A stretch of 64,000 nt of DNA from Pseudogymnoascus verrucosus (lineage: Eukaryota), in NCBI GenBank assembly GCA_001662655.1, contig KV460241.1; one strand, written 5' to 3'. Of this stretch, positions 26,544 through 39,088 are shown in pieces. Within the stretch, counting starts at the first letter, position 1. Each line of letters begins with the position of its first letter. The notes under the pieces were generated by a model. The model had not been told where the DNA came from. It saw nothing but the letters and a program-made list of their open reading frames with translations, and ran no database searches. A program made the translations under genes and the position numbers.

Positions 26544-26671
26544 GGTGAGCCGCCAATTATACCTCCCTCGGTACGTAGTATCTGCAAGCCACAACAAGCC
26601 ATAGGCCTACCCCGTAGTCTCGCAAATAAAGTTAACTAAAAATCCCGCGACACCCAATTCGACTTCTACTG
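26544..26671 (-). repeat. Right terminal inverted repeat
   Basis: Reverse complement matches 19122-19275; followed by TA at 26672-26673. Confidence 0.95.
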
Positions 26672-26675
26672 TATC

Positions 26676-27005
26676 ATGGTAGCTAAGGTTACTGTTACTT
26701 CTAAGTAAGTTTTCTTTTTTCTCTATTAGTAATAACTATAGCTAACATTCGATAGAGAGCAGAAGTTGAGTAAGAAAGATGTAGAGACTATGTTTGATAA
26801 GACACTCTATTCGAAAATTGCAGAAAATGATAATCGCAGCTGGACTGTATCATTTGAGAATAACGACTACTTGAAGTTCGCCATGAAGTGTGTAAAGAGC
26901 GATGCGGGAGCTGATTGGTTTCGAGCTTGCTACTTTAAAGAGGAGTATGCTATGAGTTTGTTCAAACGAATTATAACATCAGCGAAGAATCGGCTTCGAT
27001 ACTAG
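26676..27005 (+). CDS. Small hypothetical protein (92 aa); intron 26705-26755
   Basis: ATG exon MVAKVTVTSK, GTAAGT donor, GCTAAC branch site and TAG acceptor splice in frame to ORF 26766..27005. Confidence 0.6.
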
Positions 27006-28032
27006 CATCTCACAAAGAGCAAATAAACATATAGCCTACCTTCCCTATTTCTTTGTTACAGTAGACACAATAGTTGATTTAAAGAGGATATAATAAATGC
27101 AACCTTGATATAAACCATATTAGAACCCAGGTCTGTTATGATATGTTACTAGTAGCGCTTTATCACAAATATAAATTGCCAAATAGAACTAAATACATAT
27201 AACTATCAGTTCCTGCTGATCTAGGTTATGCTTGCAAGCAAGGAGAAATTCACAAGTAAACACGAGAAAAAGCAAGTCAACGAGTAGATCTAAATAAAAT
27301 TGAAGGAGATAAAGTAAAAATCACAGAAAAAAACATCAAGTGACTGTAAGTTACTGTAGCAATGCTGCTCGCACTCAGTACTTAGAGCTTTTTAGGGCTC
27401 CACTCATCATCGGTGGACGGTTTTGCACATGGTCATTTCCGCACCGCCGGGCTCTGTCACGCTTTTTACCTTTGTCATAGACCTGCCAGCTGTCCTGCTC
27501 CCATCCCTGCCTGCGGTCCTCTCCCTGGTTCTGCCCCCGCCCCTGCCTTAGCTTGGACAATCAAGATATGAGCTTGAGATTTGGCCGTGGCGCTTCTTAT
27601 CATATCTTTGTTCTGCGCAAGGTTGACAGCCTTACCCTTGCGTTTTGTCCAATTTGCTCGCCTTTTGCCTCGGCGACCTTGAGCTTCTTTATCTACTTCT
27701 TCCTCGATGGCGGGGGCTCTAACGGTTGTTAATTCTATATTCTGTTCTCGCTAAGTTTGGCCGCGGGTTTTCTGTTTCTGGAGCCAGTTTTGTGCTGGTC
27801 CTCGTTTGTATGAGGTTCACCGTAGTCTTATAGCTTCCAAGACGTGTAGTCATACAAAGGCAGATTTATAGTGAAGCCTAGGCTTGAGAAAATACACAGA
27901 TCCCATATATAAATTCTTAATCGTTGTAATCCATTCCAATGATCTAACCCTCCCATTTACCCCCTTAAACGCCGTAACTCCACATGCTAGAAATATACAG
28001 CATTTACATCATCTCCATCTCTATTTTTCACC

Positions 28033-29348
28033 TCAAAGACCACTCCACTCCAGCTTCCTCAACGTAACCTCCAACACCGTCTTAATCCCTTCATCCAACC
28101 CCTCAACAGCCAAAACCTTCTCCACCCACGCCGCCGTCTTCTTCGCCAACGCCCCCTTAACCCTCACCTTCTCCTTCCCCTCCCCTAACCTCGCCAGCGC
28201 CACTCCGAGAGCCCCCGGAAAGTCCGCTGTCAACGGGCTTACGCCCACAAGCGGCATACGAACATAGCAATCCCACGTCGCGGCCTCAGTAGGGAACCGC
28301 TCCATCATCACATCCAACACATGCTGCAGCACCTTCGGCAGACACGAAACTTGCGTGAAGACCGTGAACATATCAAAGAAATGCTGCGCCGCCTCCGCGC
28401 TAAAGAACGCCTGCTTGGCCGCATCATCAAAGATAGCGAGCGGGATCGCGCCCTGCAGCGCGGGGGTATTCATCGGGTCCTGCTTCGCCTCTCCGTCCAC
28501 CTTGACGCCCTCCATCGCGCTCTGTCCCAGACTCTGCGCCTTGAATTCCGGGAATTTAATCTCATCCCCCTCGAACCCCTGCGTCTCCTCCTCCACCTCC
28601 TTCTCCTCCACCGCCTTCACAGCCGGCGCATCTAATCCCAGAACTCTCCTCCTCGCCGCGATCTTGGCAAGGAAAATCATCTCCAACTTCGCGTACTGAA
28701 CCCACATCTCAGGCCCCTGATTACAAAACCTCGCACCCCTCTGCAAAAAGCTCCTCGCCTCCCCCATATCGCTTTCCTCCAACGCACATCTCGCCGCATA
28801 CACCCACAACCCGGGCACCGTACAATGCAACCTCAGCGCCGCCGTGAGGATGACCTTGAATTTGCTCGTCGCGCCAGCAGTTCGCGCGTACTCGAGGTAT
28901 GTCATCCATAGCCCCAGGTCGCCGGGGTGCTTGCGCGTGCCGCGCCCGAAGATGGCGAGGACGCGCGCTTGACCGGTGTGTGAGGAGGAGGACTTGATGC
29001 GGAGGCGTTGGCAGCGCGAGGCGCGGAGACGCTCGAGGTTGGATTCCCAGGCGGCGTAGCGGGCGAAGGTGGGGGGGGGGCAGCCGCGGGCGAGGAGGAG
29101 ATGTTCGAAGTCGGAGCGCTTTTTGACGAGGGAGCGGATTTCGTCCTGGAGGGGGGAGGAGGTTAGTTGGGTTTGGTGGAAGGAGAGAGGGAGGTTGTAG
29201 GAAGTGGGGGTGTTGGGTGTAAAATGTGCTGTGCTGGTTGTGTCCTGGGTGTACGCACCTTGGTGAAGATCTTCTTCTCTTCGAATTCGCGCAGTTGTGG
29301 AACCGCCTGTTCCATATAGAAGCGCACCTTATCACTTGCGCCCGCCAT
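28033..29348 (-). CDS. UTP6: U3 snoRNA-associated protein 6 (HAT repeats); intron ~29147-29258
   Basis: MAGASDKVRFYMEQAVPQLREFEEKKIFTK|DEIRSLVKKRSDFEH; ARSFLQRGARF; WVQYAKLEM. Confidence 0.92.
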
Positions 29349-30447
29349 TGTCGAACGTGAGGGAAAGTGGTGGTCTTGAGGTGGTGGTTGTTGAGTTGCT
29401 CTTTCCTGTCCTGTCCAGAAAGTGTAGCAGTATCTATCTTATCCAGCAGTCAACTAAACTTTTTAGCGTATATTCGACAAAATGCCTTCGAAAATGTCAC
29501 ATCGGCGGGCGGTGAGGCATAAAATGTTTAAGTTCTGCCACAGCCACTAAGACACGTACGGCGAACGGAACATCGGCTACCCAGCGATCAAATAGCGGGA
29601 TTAAAGTGGATTAGGGCGTGAGAGGACATGGGGGGACTGGCGTGGTTGCTTGCGGGTGCTGGGGCCACTTTAGCACTTTTAGGCACTTTTAGGCACTTTA
29701 GAGTGGTGTAAGAGGCAGCCAAACACGCCCCTCTAGCCCTTTAGCCCTCTAAACTCCTCTAAAACTCCTCCGATACGACAATCAAATCAACGGCACTGGA
29801 CAATGGACACCCCAGTAACTGCTGCTAGTAGTATAGTTAGATAGTTCCCTAGTAGAGACAGCAGCTAAGCCCCCCAGTCATGACCGCCGACGCCACCGGA
29901 GCACTCGGCTTTACGAACGATTTGTTACTACTAACAGCAGGTAACAGCCCAGGTACTCGTCGTTTAATGATCGTTTAATGATCGTTCAACGTCCGTAATG
30001 ACCGAGCTTGTGTTGTTACTGTTGTTGGTGTACTTACCTTGCTGCATGTACGAGACAGGCAGGTACTTATGTCTACCACCTTACTAACAGCCAAGGTGAA
30101 AGTCGACCGGTTATATTTCCCTCCCTGCTCTCTCCACCTCCCCTCCCTCCACCTTGCTTGTGCCTACTTGTGCCTACTTGTGCCTAGCCAAACCAAGAAC
30201 ACACTAACCTCGAACCTATTCCCATGCGCCTATGACCTTCCCCGCTGCCAGCCGATTCCCCCTTCCTTCGTGATACCTCCCTCAACTCAAACCTTTCCTT
30301 TCTACATATACTCCACGCTCGTTTGTTTACCCCCGGATGGGAACCCCAGCCATTGTGTTCTTGTCTCGGTTTGCGATTGTATGATTTGGTTTCTCCCAAG
30401 GGTTTAACTCCATACTTGCACCCTCAATTGAGTCCTGCATGAATGAG

Positions 30448-33400
30448 ATGGCGCCCAAGACAAAGGACGGTGACGTCTTGTTGGCGTTCTCGGGGAAGTG
30501 GGTTACTTGGGCTCACACCTTCACAGCTTATGGTGAGTCGCCCAGCCCACGCGAAACGAAACACGCAGCAGCTCGACAGCTCGTATCCAGCGATCCAGCA
30601 GATAGATTGATCGGAGAGAGAGAGAGCGAGCTCTAGCTGACAGGTGACACGCGCAGCTGCTTTTATCAGCGCATTGATCGTTGGGGTCTCGCTGCATTAT
30701 CATAAGATTGTCACGAACGAGCACTATGGGTACCCACACGAGTGGTTTCCCTCTGTGTCTGCGACGATCGGGGACCGCTACCCTGAACGCTCGTTCTTCA
30801 TGTTCTTCATTGCCATCACATCAGGTATGAGTCCATCCGGTGCTTTCCGCCGTCAAAATCAGGTACAATCGCAGCTAACAGCCAGGCCCACAGGCCCGAG
30901 ATTCGCCCTCGTCGGACTATGGTACCTACTCACAGCGCGCCCAGGGCAGAAGCTTGCCAAGTACGTGGCGATCGTCGGCATCTTTCGAACTATAACCTGC
31001 GGCGGTTGGACGTATGTCACCTCGACCGATGACCACGACTGGCACGACATCTTCATGATCTCATACCTTGTTGCGACCCTCCCGTGGACGCTAGGATGCT
31101 TGGCGCTGAGCCCGCCGAACCCAACATCTATCAAATACAGGAAAATATTCGGGGGCGCCTTCTTCGCGACGATCGTGCCGCTGGTTTACTTTTTCATTCA
31201 GCACAAGGTCCACAAAGTTGCAGGAGGTATGTCGCCGGCGTGGTTTTTGATTGTTCGGTTTTTGAATTTTTTTGACATGTGATACTGACATTTCTCATCA
31301 GCTTACACCACATACGCCTTCTTCGAGTGGTCTCTTGTTCTGTTGGATGTGGCTTTTGACGCCGTCACGATGCTAGATTTTGAGGCGTTCGAAGTTGTCA
31401 TTAAAGATGTCACAGGGGCGAGCAAGGGGTACGTTGAATGGCTTCTTCCCAAGTAGCAATAGACGAGATTTCCAAGGCATGTCATGCCGTCTTAATGATC
31501 AAAGTTCTAAACTGTTTTCTGTGCAGACAACCCAGGAAGGATAGTGGCGTCGAGATGCAGTAGGTTGGCCCCGGTCTGTGGGTGAAAAATGTTTACTAAA
31601 ACGTGCCTTAGTAAGGATAAGCCTGTCGTTCAAGTGCTGAACCAGTCTTTCCTTTGGAGCGACGCGATTGATGCTGCTGCGGAAGTCTATCATGGCGTAA
31701 GTTGATATTGCATTCTGCATAAAGTTGGTACTAATACTCTGTAGTTTGTCTTCTGGTCCATGTTGACCTCCCTCGGACTCTGTGTCTGGTGTAAGTTCTC
31801 CCAACAAACCACCCTTTCATAAGCTAACAAAACCCAGACTTCCCCCTCTGGAACATGGGCATCTCCGGCTACGAAATTCTCGTAATGGTAACCGTCACCC
31901 CCTTCCTCCTCTCCAACCGCACCGTCCGCCGCCACGTCCTCTCCAACCTCCGCCTCACCCACCTCCTCTCCCTCTCCGGGCTCGTAGCCTACAAGCTCGA
32001 ACTCCCGGAGCTCCGCCTCTTCGCCGTCGGCCTCGGCGTCGCCCTCTCCTGCCTCGCCTGGTCCGCAACCTGGTCCACCACCGCCTTCCAGCCCGTGCAA
32101 CTCGAGACTAAAATCACAGCCTGGACACTCGGTCTCATCCTCCACAGCGTCGTCAAGTTCGCGTGGCAAACTAGTAATCCCATCTGGCCCATCGTGCATG
32201 ACTCGAATGGGGGGTACAACTTCACCGGCCTCGTTCTCGCTGTCCTCGCCGTCCTGCGCACTACTAGCAATGGCAATAAAGGCACTTCCTCCCCAGTGGA
32301 GCGCAAGCAGCAGGGCTCCTCCGTCCTAGCCGCCTTCGGGATCGGAGGTCTCTTCTTCGCCCTCCACTCCCTCCTCTCAGACTCCAGCACAATGATCCTC
32401 TGGGTCTGGACCGGATTCCCCGTCCGCGGCCCCCTCGCCGCCCCCCACGGCGCCGTCACCATCGCAGCCATGTGCGCCGGCCTAGTGCTAGGCCTCTTCT
32501 ACCCCCTCCTCGCGCGCAGCTGGACATTCTACGGACTCGGCTGCATCGGCGCCGCTCTCCTCACCTTACGCGCCGATTGGACAGGCTACAGCGGCGCGCT
32601 CCTCCTAACAGTCTACCTCCTCGCCTTCTCCGTCCCCATGATCGGAGCAGCAGCCAAGCGCAACCCAGCTACGGTGTTCGGCCTGGGCTTTCTGGTATAC
32701 AACTTCGTCGTCCTCTTCCACGTCTGGGTCGTCGCCTACGCCTTCGTCCCCGGTGGCCCACTGGTGAGGGAACGCACGGATTGGGTCATGAGCACCACAA
32801 TGCTCTTTATCGGCTGCGGCGTCTTCACCATCTCTTCCTCTGTCAGCGCTGCGAAATCCCCCTCCTACACACCCCCCGCTCCCCGACAACGCGCACACAC
32901 CCTCTCCCTCGTCGGCGTCATCCAGCTCCTGGCGGTATGCGTCGCGTACATCCGCTTCCCAACCTTCGACTACACGCCCTACCACGCGCCCTCCAAGCTC
33001 ATCACCGCCGGAATCTGGACCGTCCACTTCTCCCTCGACAACGACATGTGGTCCTCGGAGTACCGGATGCGCGACGCGCTGCGGGACCTCGAGCTCGATG
33101 TCGTGGGGCTGCTGGAGTCGGACCTGCAGCGCGTTATCATGGGGAATCGCGACACGACGCAGTTTCTCGCCGAGGAGCTGGGGATGTATGTTGATTATGG
33201 GCCTGGACCGGATAAGCATACGTGGGGCGCGGCGCTGTTGAGTAAGTTCCCCATTGTGGAGAGTGAGCACCACCTCCTCCCTAGTCCGGTGGGGGAGCTG
33301 GCGCCGGCGATTAAGGCGACGCTGGATGTGTATGGGACGTTGGTGGATGTTTTTGTGTTTCATAGTGGGCAGGAGGAGGATGAGGAGGATAGGAGGCTGC

Positions 33401-33825
33401 AATCTGAGTATTTGGCGGAGTTGATGGGGAAGAGTGACCGGCCCGCGATTCTGCTGGCGTATCTGGTGACGAAGCCGTTGGAGGGGAATTATAACACGTA
33501 TGTCTCGGAGGAGTCGGGGATGAAGGATATCGATGAGAGTGATTGGGATAGGTGGTGTGAGTATATCCTGTATAAGAACCTGAGGAGGGTGGGGTATGCG
33601 CGCGTGTCGAGGGGGACGATTACGGATACGGAGATTCAGGTCGGGAAGTTCCTAGTGGGCCAGACAGAAGGAGGTGGATGGGAGGGGAGGGGAGGCTGGG
33701 CTGGAGGGGAGATGGTGGGTGGATCAGAAGTGCAGAGGGGGTGGAGGTTTCCGGAGACGTTTGAGGGGGAGGGGGTGAGGGGGCATAAGTATCATGTTTT
33801 CGAGGAACCGAGGTATTGGGTTTAG
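30448..33825 (+). CDS. CWH43: GPI-anchor ceramide remodelase (Frag1/PGAP2-like N-terminus plus DNase I-like C-terminus); multiple introns
   Basis: HEWFPSVSATIGDRYPERS, TSTDDHDWHD, FHVWVVAYAFVPGGPLVRERTD, GLLESDLQR, FHSGQEED, DRWCEYILY, ITDTEIQVGKF. Confidence 0.95.
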
Positions 33826-36800
33826 GGGGAAAGGGGGAAGAGGGTAATGGATGGGGGATGGTGGTGAGGAGAGGGTTCGTGGGGAGGAGTGAAGTGGTGA
33901 GGGGAGTAATGGGGGTGATGGGAAGGGAGGAGTGGATGGGGGGATGTGGTAATGGAAGTGCGTGTGGGTTTGGCTTGGTGTTAATGGGGGGTGGGAAAGG
34001 GGATGATTGGGAAGGATGGAATGGATGGGATGGGATGGGATGGGATGGATGGGATGGAACCGGAGTGAATATTTGAAATGAGATGATGATGTATAAGAAG
34101 GGAGTCAGTCAAAAGTGGTCTTGGTGAAATCTGAGAGTGACGGTGCTGTGTTGTGCTGTCCATGCAGGCAAATAAGAGGGGGAATACTGAAGTATGAAGG
34201 GGAGATAGGAGATGAAGGGGGGGTATTTAGACGTGCTAGATAGCAACTACATACTATCCCCTCATACCTAACGTCTTTTAGAGGTTATGAGAGTTAGTAA
34301 TTAGGAGTAAGCGGTGCGAGCGTATTTTCCACTCGAAGTGAGAAAACAACACCCACGTGACATTATCACGTGACACATATCCAAGCCACCAACCTGCAAA
34401 CCATACGCACACCACAGCCGCAGTTATTTAAACTTATATTTTGACAGCCCTCATACATGACGTCTTCCACTCCTAAGCCTCACTCCCAGCCTACCTCACA
34501 GCTCACATCTAATATCCCATCCATCCCGGACGTACAACCCCACGCTCTACCCAACTCTGCCCTGCCTCGCTGCACTGCACTGCGACACACACGTACGCGG
34601 CGGCCTCGCGTTCACCTCCCGCTTGTAGTTTTTATGCGTGGATGGGAAATTACATTTGGGGGCTTGTGGGGGAAGGATCTGGTATTGTTGGTTGGGAGGT
34701 GTGTGTGGCTTGGTGCTTGGCGTTTCATGTCTTGGCGGCGGCGTACAGTAGTCAGCGGAGGTTGTGCTTCACGGGCACAGCACGGTACGGTAGAGGTAGA
34801 GTACGTTGTGAGGTATAGTGGCGGAGGGAGCGGGGTGGAGCGGGGTGGGATGTTCTACTGTATGTAAGACCCTAATTACTGATTTTTTAAATCCGGCTAT
34901 GAGGAGGGAGTGGGAAAAGTTGACAGGTGACAGATGACGGCAGTGAGAGGGAGTGAAAGATCGATATTTGAGGCTTAGCAAGCTCCCATGGCACCAACAG
35001 CGAGGTCTACATACAGTACAGTAATATCGAGAAGCGGCACGGCATCTGCATCTCAAAAAACCACTGACGTATCCCTCCCTCGGCATTCACTCACTCACAT
35101 CATCCCTCCCTCGCTTCCACAACCACGAGCGGGAGGTCTATAGCTTGGTGGGAAGGAAGAGGCGAGTCTTCTCCCTTTACTGGTGTACCACAGATGAGTG
35201 TCTAAGATCACGAGTCTAGACTACCGGAGAACTCGGATGAGGCTGCATACATACTGTGCATGTGTGTTTTGGTGGGGTTGGATAATCGGCTTTTTGCGGT
35301 ATCGTGCATGTGTCTATGCTGCAGTGGGTAGCGGCATCAGTGTCAGTACTGGTGTGGTAAGTGTTAGAAATGTCAGTTGTGAGTACATCACCCAGTCGTG
35401 GCGTCAGCTAACTAGACGGTCTACCCTCCCTGCCGTGCGAGCTTCCTCCTGCGGGATCTGATCTCGCATGCTCATGTCCCTCCCATCGTCTCCTCCGGCA
35501 TTCCGTCATGACCGACGGGTATCTGCTATTTTTTTATGGGGTTTTATGCGGGGTTTATGCGGACACGTGACGTGCATAACTGAAAAGAAGAAATATTTTC
35601 TTTTTCGCGTACTCGCTCGTATAGCGTATACACGCATCGGAGGCGTTTGGGGAGGATCCACCCCGAGGAGTGGTAGACGCGGGAGGGACGGTTGGTGGTC
35701 ATGGCAGATGTGTATGTCCGGATACCTCGGAGGAGGAGAGGTGAAAGGGTAAGAGGAGGGTGAGATGCGGTTAGTAAGTGAAGAAAAGTGTTAGGAGGGT
35801 GAGGAAAGTTAAACTTTGTGATTGATCAGCGCGAGACAGCTGGATGAGGGTTGTGGGTTGCATGGACAGGACAGCTCGGATTATGTGGTCTCACGTGCTC
35901 ACAATGTCTCTGGTCGTGCCGTCATCGTCATCGTCATCCCCCTTTTCCCTTTATTTCGTCCCTTGGGTTCCTGTCAGAAAAATAATAAAAAATCCCCAAT
36001 AACCATAATCTCACCACTTACAATTATAAACCCCGTCATCATTCTGTAAGCAAATCCACCGCTTACACCCATCTCCAATCTCTGCAAAATTCCTTCCCAC
36101 CACCGAGATGATGCGCGAGGGAAGCTATCCATCCTCCTCTCTCCTCGGCTCCACCATAAAACCCGACCGCCCGACCATCTAATCTCCCACCCCCACCACT
36201 AATTGGCCGCCCTTCCACCCACCGCCACGCCTACGCGCTCTAGACATACGCGCTAAGCCAACGGCCCGCTCGGAGGTTCAGTTTTTTTCTTTGCCAGCTT
36301 TTTCTCTGCGCGTCGGTGGCTTGTTCGGGTTTCGCTTGGGGGGGTGGTCTTATTCGTCGGGGTTACGGGGGCTTACGGAGTTTTGTACATTGTTTATGCA
36401 TGGTGATTCGGGTTGCTCGGCGGACGGCGTGCGGTGTATGGTGGTGGAGAGCGGCGCATGCTCCATGTTTCGATGTGCAGTGTGATCGGCTCTGCTCTTG
36501 TGCGCGGTGTCGTGTGTCTTGGTCTTGTCGTCTGGATGGCTGGACGGTTGGGTGATACAGGGAGGAGGGAGGGAGTCCATTGTACTCCCTTCGCTGCCTG
36601 TTATCCGGCTGGACGAACTGGTGATGTGGTATTCAATCAGTGACTGTCTATATCATTGTACTATACAAACTGCTGCTTACTCACTTACTACTACTACTAC
36701 TGCTGATTCACAGCATGACAGCTGAGATGGGTGTGAAATTGGCTGACAGACTGCCTGGGCCTAAGAGTTGCCTGTGGTCCCCTGAGGAAGAACAAGAGCA

Positions 36801-37695
36801 ACCTGCTTGGTCTTGCTGCCCGTTATTCTAATAAAACTGTTATCCCAGAATAATGTACATCTCCTATACCCTTGCCCCCTGCTCACCACACGCATCCTCC
36901 CACGTACCGCCCACGTACCATACGCGTATCCGTACTCGAAATCTGCTGCGAACGCCCCCCGTGTCTTCCGTCCTCCGTGTCTCTCCTTGCCGCTGTGCTA
37001 CTGAACGGTACAGGCGTAACTTCTTTGTTCACTCTTGGCCCCATACTACACCATGTACCGATACTCCACCCACCACTCAAATTTCACTAACTAGCCCTGC
37101 AAAAAATGAAGATCGGCCACCCGTCTAGTTTTTGTGAAAGAGAGAAGAATGAGCACACTACCACTAACCACTACTAGTCCACTAATCTACTAATCCTCAC
37201 TCCTATCCATCCTATCCAACCCACTAAAATATCCCACTAACCCACTCTTCTACCCTACCGACCGTCCTAACGCCGCCTCCTACGCCTTCACCCGCCCACG
37301 CACGCCCAGACGCACCGACCCAAGAACGCGCACGCACCGACCTTCCTACATTACCGCCTTGAACCCTCCCCCCCATATACCCATAACTCCTACTACTACC
37401 CACTCCCAATCCTCAAAGTATCTCCGTCCCCGTCCGTACCTCTAATCTCTCCCCTTTTGATCTTCACTTTTGATCTTTCACTTCGCTGCCTCTCCTCTCT
37501 TCCTACTACACCTACACACCTACAACTACCGCCGCACACCCTCGAGAAGAGCCCATCTTCAACCTCACGCTTTCCACTCTCGGTCTGCCACAGCCACCCT
37601 CTCTCTCTTCCTCCTCCTTCTCTTTGGGCATCGACGACCTCCAACAACCTCCCCAACTCCTCCTCCCAACGGCTCGGGCGGAAACCACTCCCTCG

Positions 37696-39088
37696 ATGTC
37701 CGTCCACTCCTCCTCCGGGTCCTCGTCACCCACCTTCACCAAGCCCAAGCTCCCCTTCGGTTGGCCCTCCTACATACTCACCAACCCCATCCCGCGCCGC
37801 TACCGCCGCCGTCTGCGCTCGAAGCTGCACGCGCGCCAGTCCCCCGCCTCAGCACTCTCCTCCATCGAGACCTCCTTCTCGCCGTATGTCACGCTGCACA
37901 AGCTGCAGAAGCGGAGGTGGAACCTCTATGATGCGCAGAACATCTTCTTGGTCATAATATTGCTCTTCTCGGCGGCGATTACGCCGTCGGCGCCCATAAT
38001 TAAGGCGGGCATTATATTGCTAGCTCTTATTGCGGCGGTTATTCCTATTACAAGCCAATTCCTCATTCCGGCACTGCCAGTGTTGACCTGGGTCATCTTC
38101 TTCTTCGCCGCTCGGTAAGCCCTGCCCTCCTCCCCCTTTCAACCCCCCCACCCCCAGCAGCAAGCAGCTAACCCCCCCCAGCTTCATCCCCAGCGAAGCC
38201 CGCCCCGGCATCTGGGTGCGCGTCCTCCCCGCCCTCGAAAACATCCTCTACGGCGCCAATCTCTCCAACATCCTCTCCGCACACCAACACGTCGTCCTCG
38301 ACGTCCTCGCCTGGTTCCCCTACGGCATCGTGCACTTCGGCGGCCCCGCCGTGGCAGCATTCATCTTCTTCATCTTTGCCGCCCCGGGCACCCTGCCCAT
38401 CTACGGCCGCTCCTTCGGCTACGTCAACCTCACGGGTGTCATCATCCAGGTCCTCCTCCCCTGCGCGGCGCCCTGGTACGAGAATCGCCATGGTCTCGCG
38501 CCGGCGAATTACGGGATGCCTGGATCCCCTGCTGGGTTGGCGAGGATCGATGCATTGTTTGGGGTGGATCTTTATTCGACGAACTTCACGAATGCGCCGG
38601 TTGTCTTTGGTGCGTTCCCTTCGCTGCACGCGGGGAATGCGGTCATTGTCATGCTGTTCATGTCCTACTGCTTCCCCCGCTTCAAGCCCTTCTTCGCATT
38701 CTACGTAATGTGGCTGTGGTGGGCCACCATGTACCTCTCCCACCACTACGCCGTCGACTTGGTCGCCGGCTCCATGATCTCCGGCGTCGTCTTCTACATC
38801 GCGCGCGCGAACTTCCTGCCGCGCCGCCAGGCGGACAAGTCGACGAGGTGGGACTACGATTATGTCGAGATTGGCGAGGTGGCGGGCGGGGAGCAGGAAT
38901 ACGATCTTGCGGAGCTTGGATACAGGCAGAGGCTCCTGGTGGATGAGTGGTCGGTGGGAGGCGTGAGCAGCGAGGAGAGCGGGAGCGCGAGTCCGGATGA
39001 TGGGGGGAGTTTGTGGGAGGGGGAGACGCTGGGGGGGAGGGAGTCGACGGATAGGGAGAGTTTGGCTGAGATTGTGTTGGTGAGGTAG
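37696..39088 (+). CDS. AUR1: Inositol phosphorylceramide synthase (aureobasidin A target); intron 38115-38181
   Basis: IWVRVLPALENILYGANLSNILS, YG.VHFG.P, APWYE, GSPAGLARID, FGAFPSLHAG, WATMYLSHHYAVDL, RWDYDY. The start codon is uncertain. Confidence 0.93.

Larger units (their letters stand above)
19122..26671. mobile_element. Non-autonomous TIR DNA element (Tc1/mariner-like ends) of 7,550 bp carrying captured genes
   Basis: Left end TA|CAGTAGAAGGCGAATTGGGTGTCGCGGG..., right end ...CCCGCGACACCCAATTCGACTTCTACTG|TA. The inverted repeats align over 128 bp with 5 mismatches plus a 26-bp insertion in the left copy. No transposase ORF was seen inside. Confidence 0.85.

Noticed and set aside
17600..27880. 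Intact Starship element
   Set aside because: No DUF3435 tyrosine-recombinase ORF or recognisable Starship boundary was seen; only remnants are present.
29611..29730. Possible PIF/Harbinger-type MITE (TTA-GGGCGTG ... CAAACACGCCC) with internal AGGCACTTTT repeats
   Set aside because: The inverted match is only 7 bp and the right side has no matching 3-bp target duplication.
34012..34058. (GGAT/GGGAT)n tract
   Set aside because: An ordinary microsatellite in a 3' flank; it is not a telomeric repeat.
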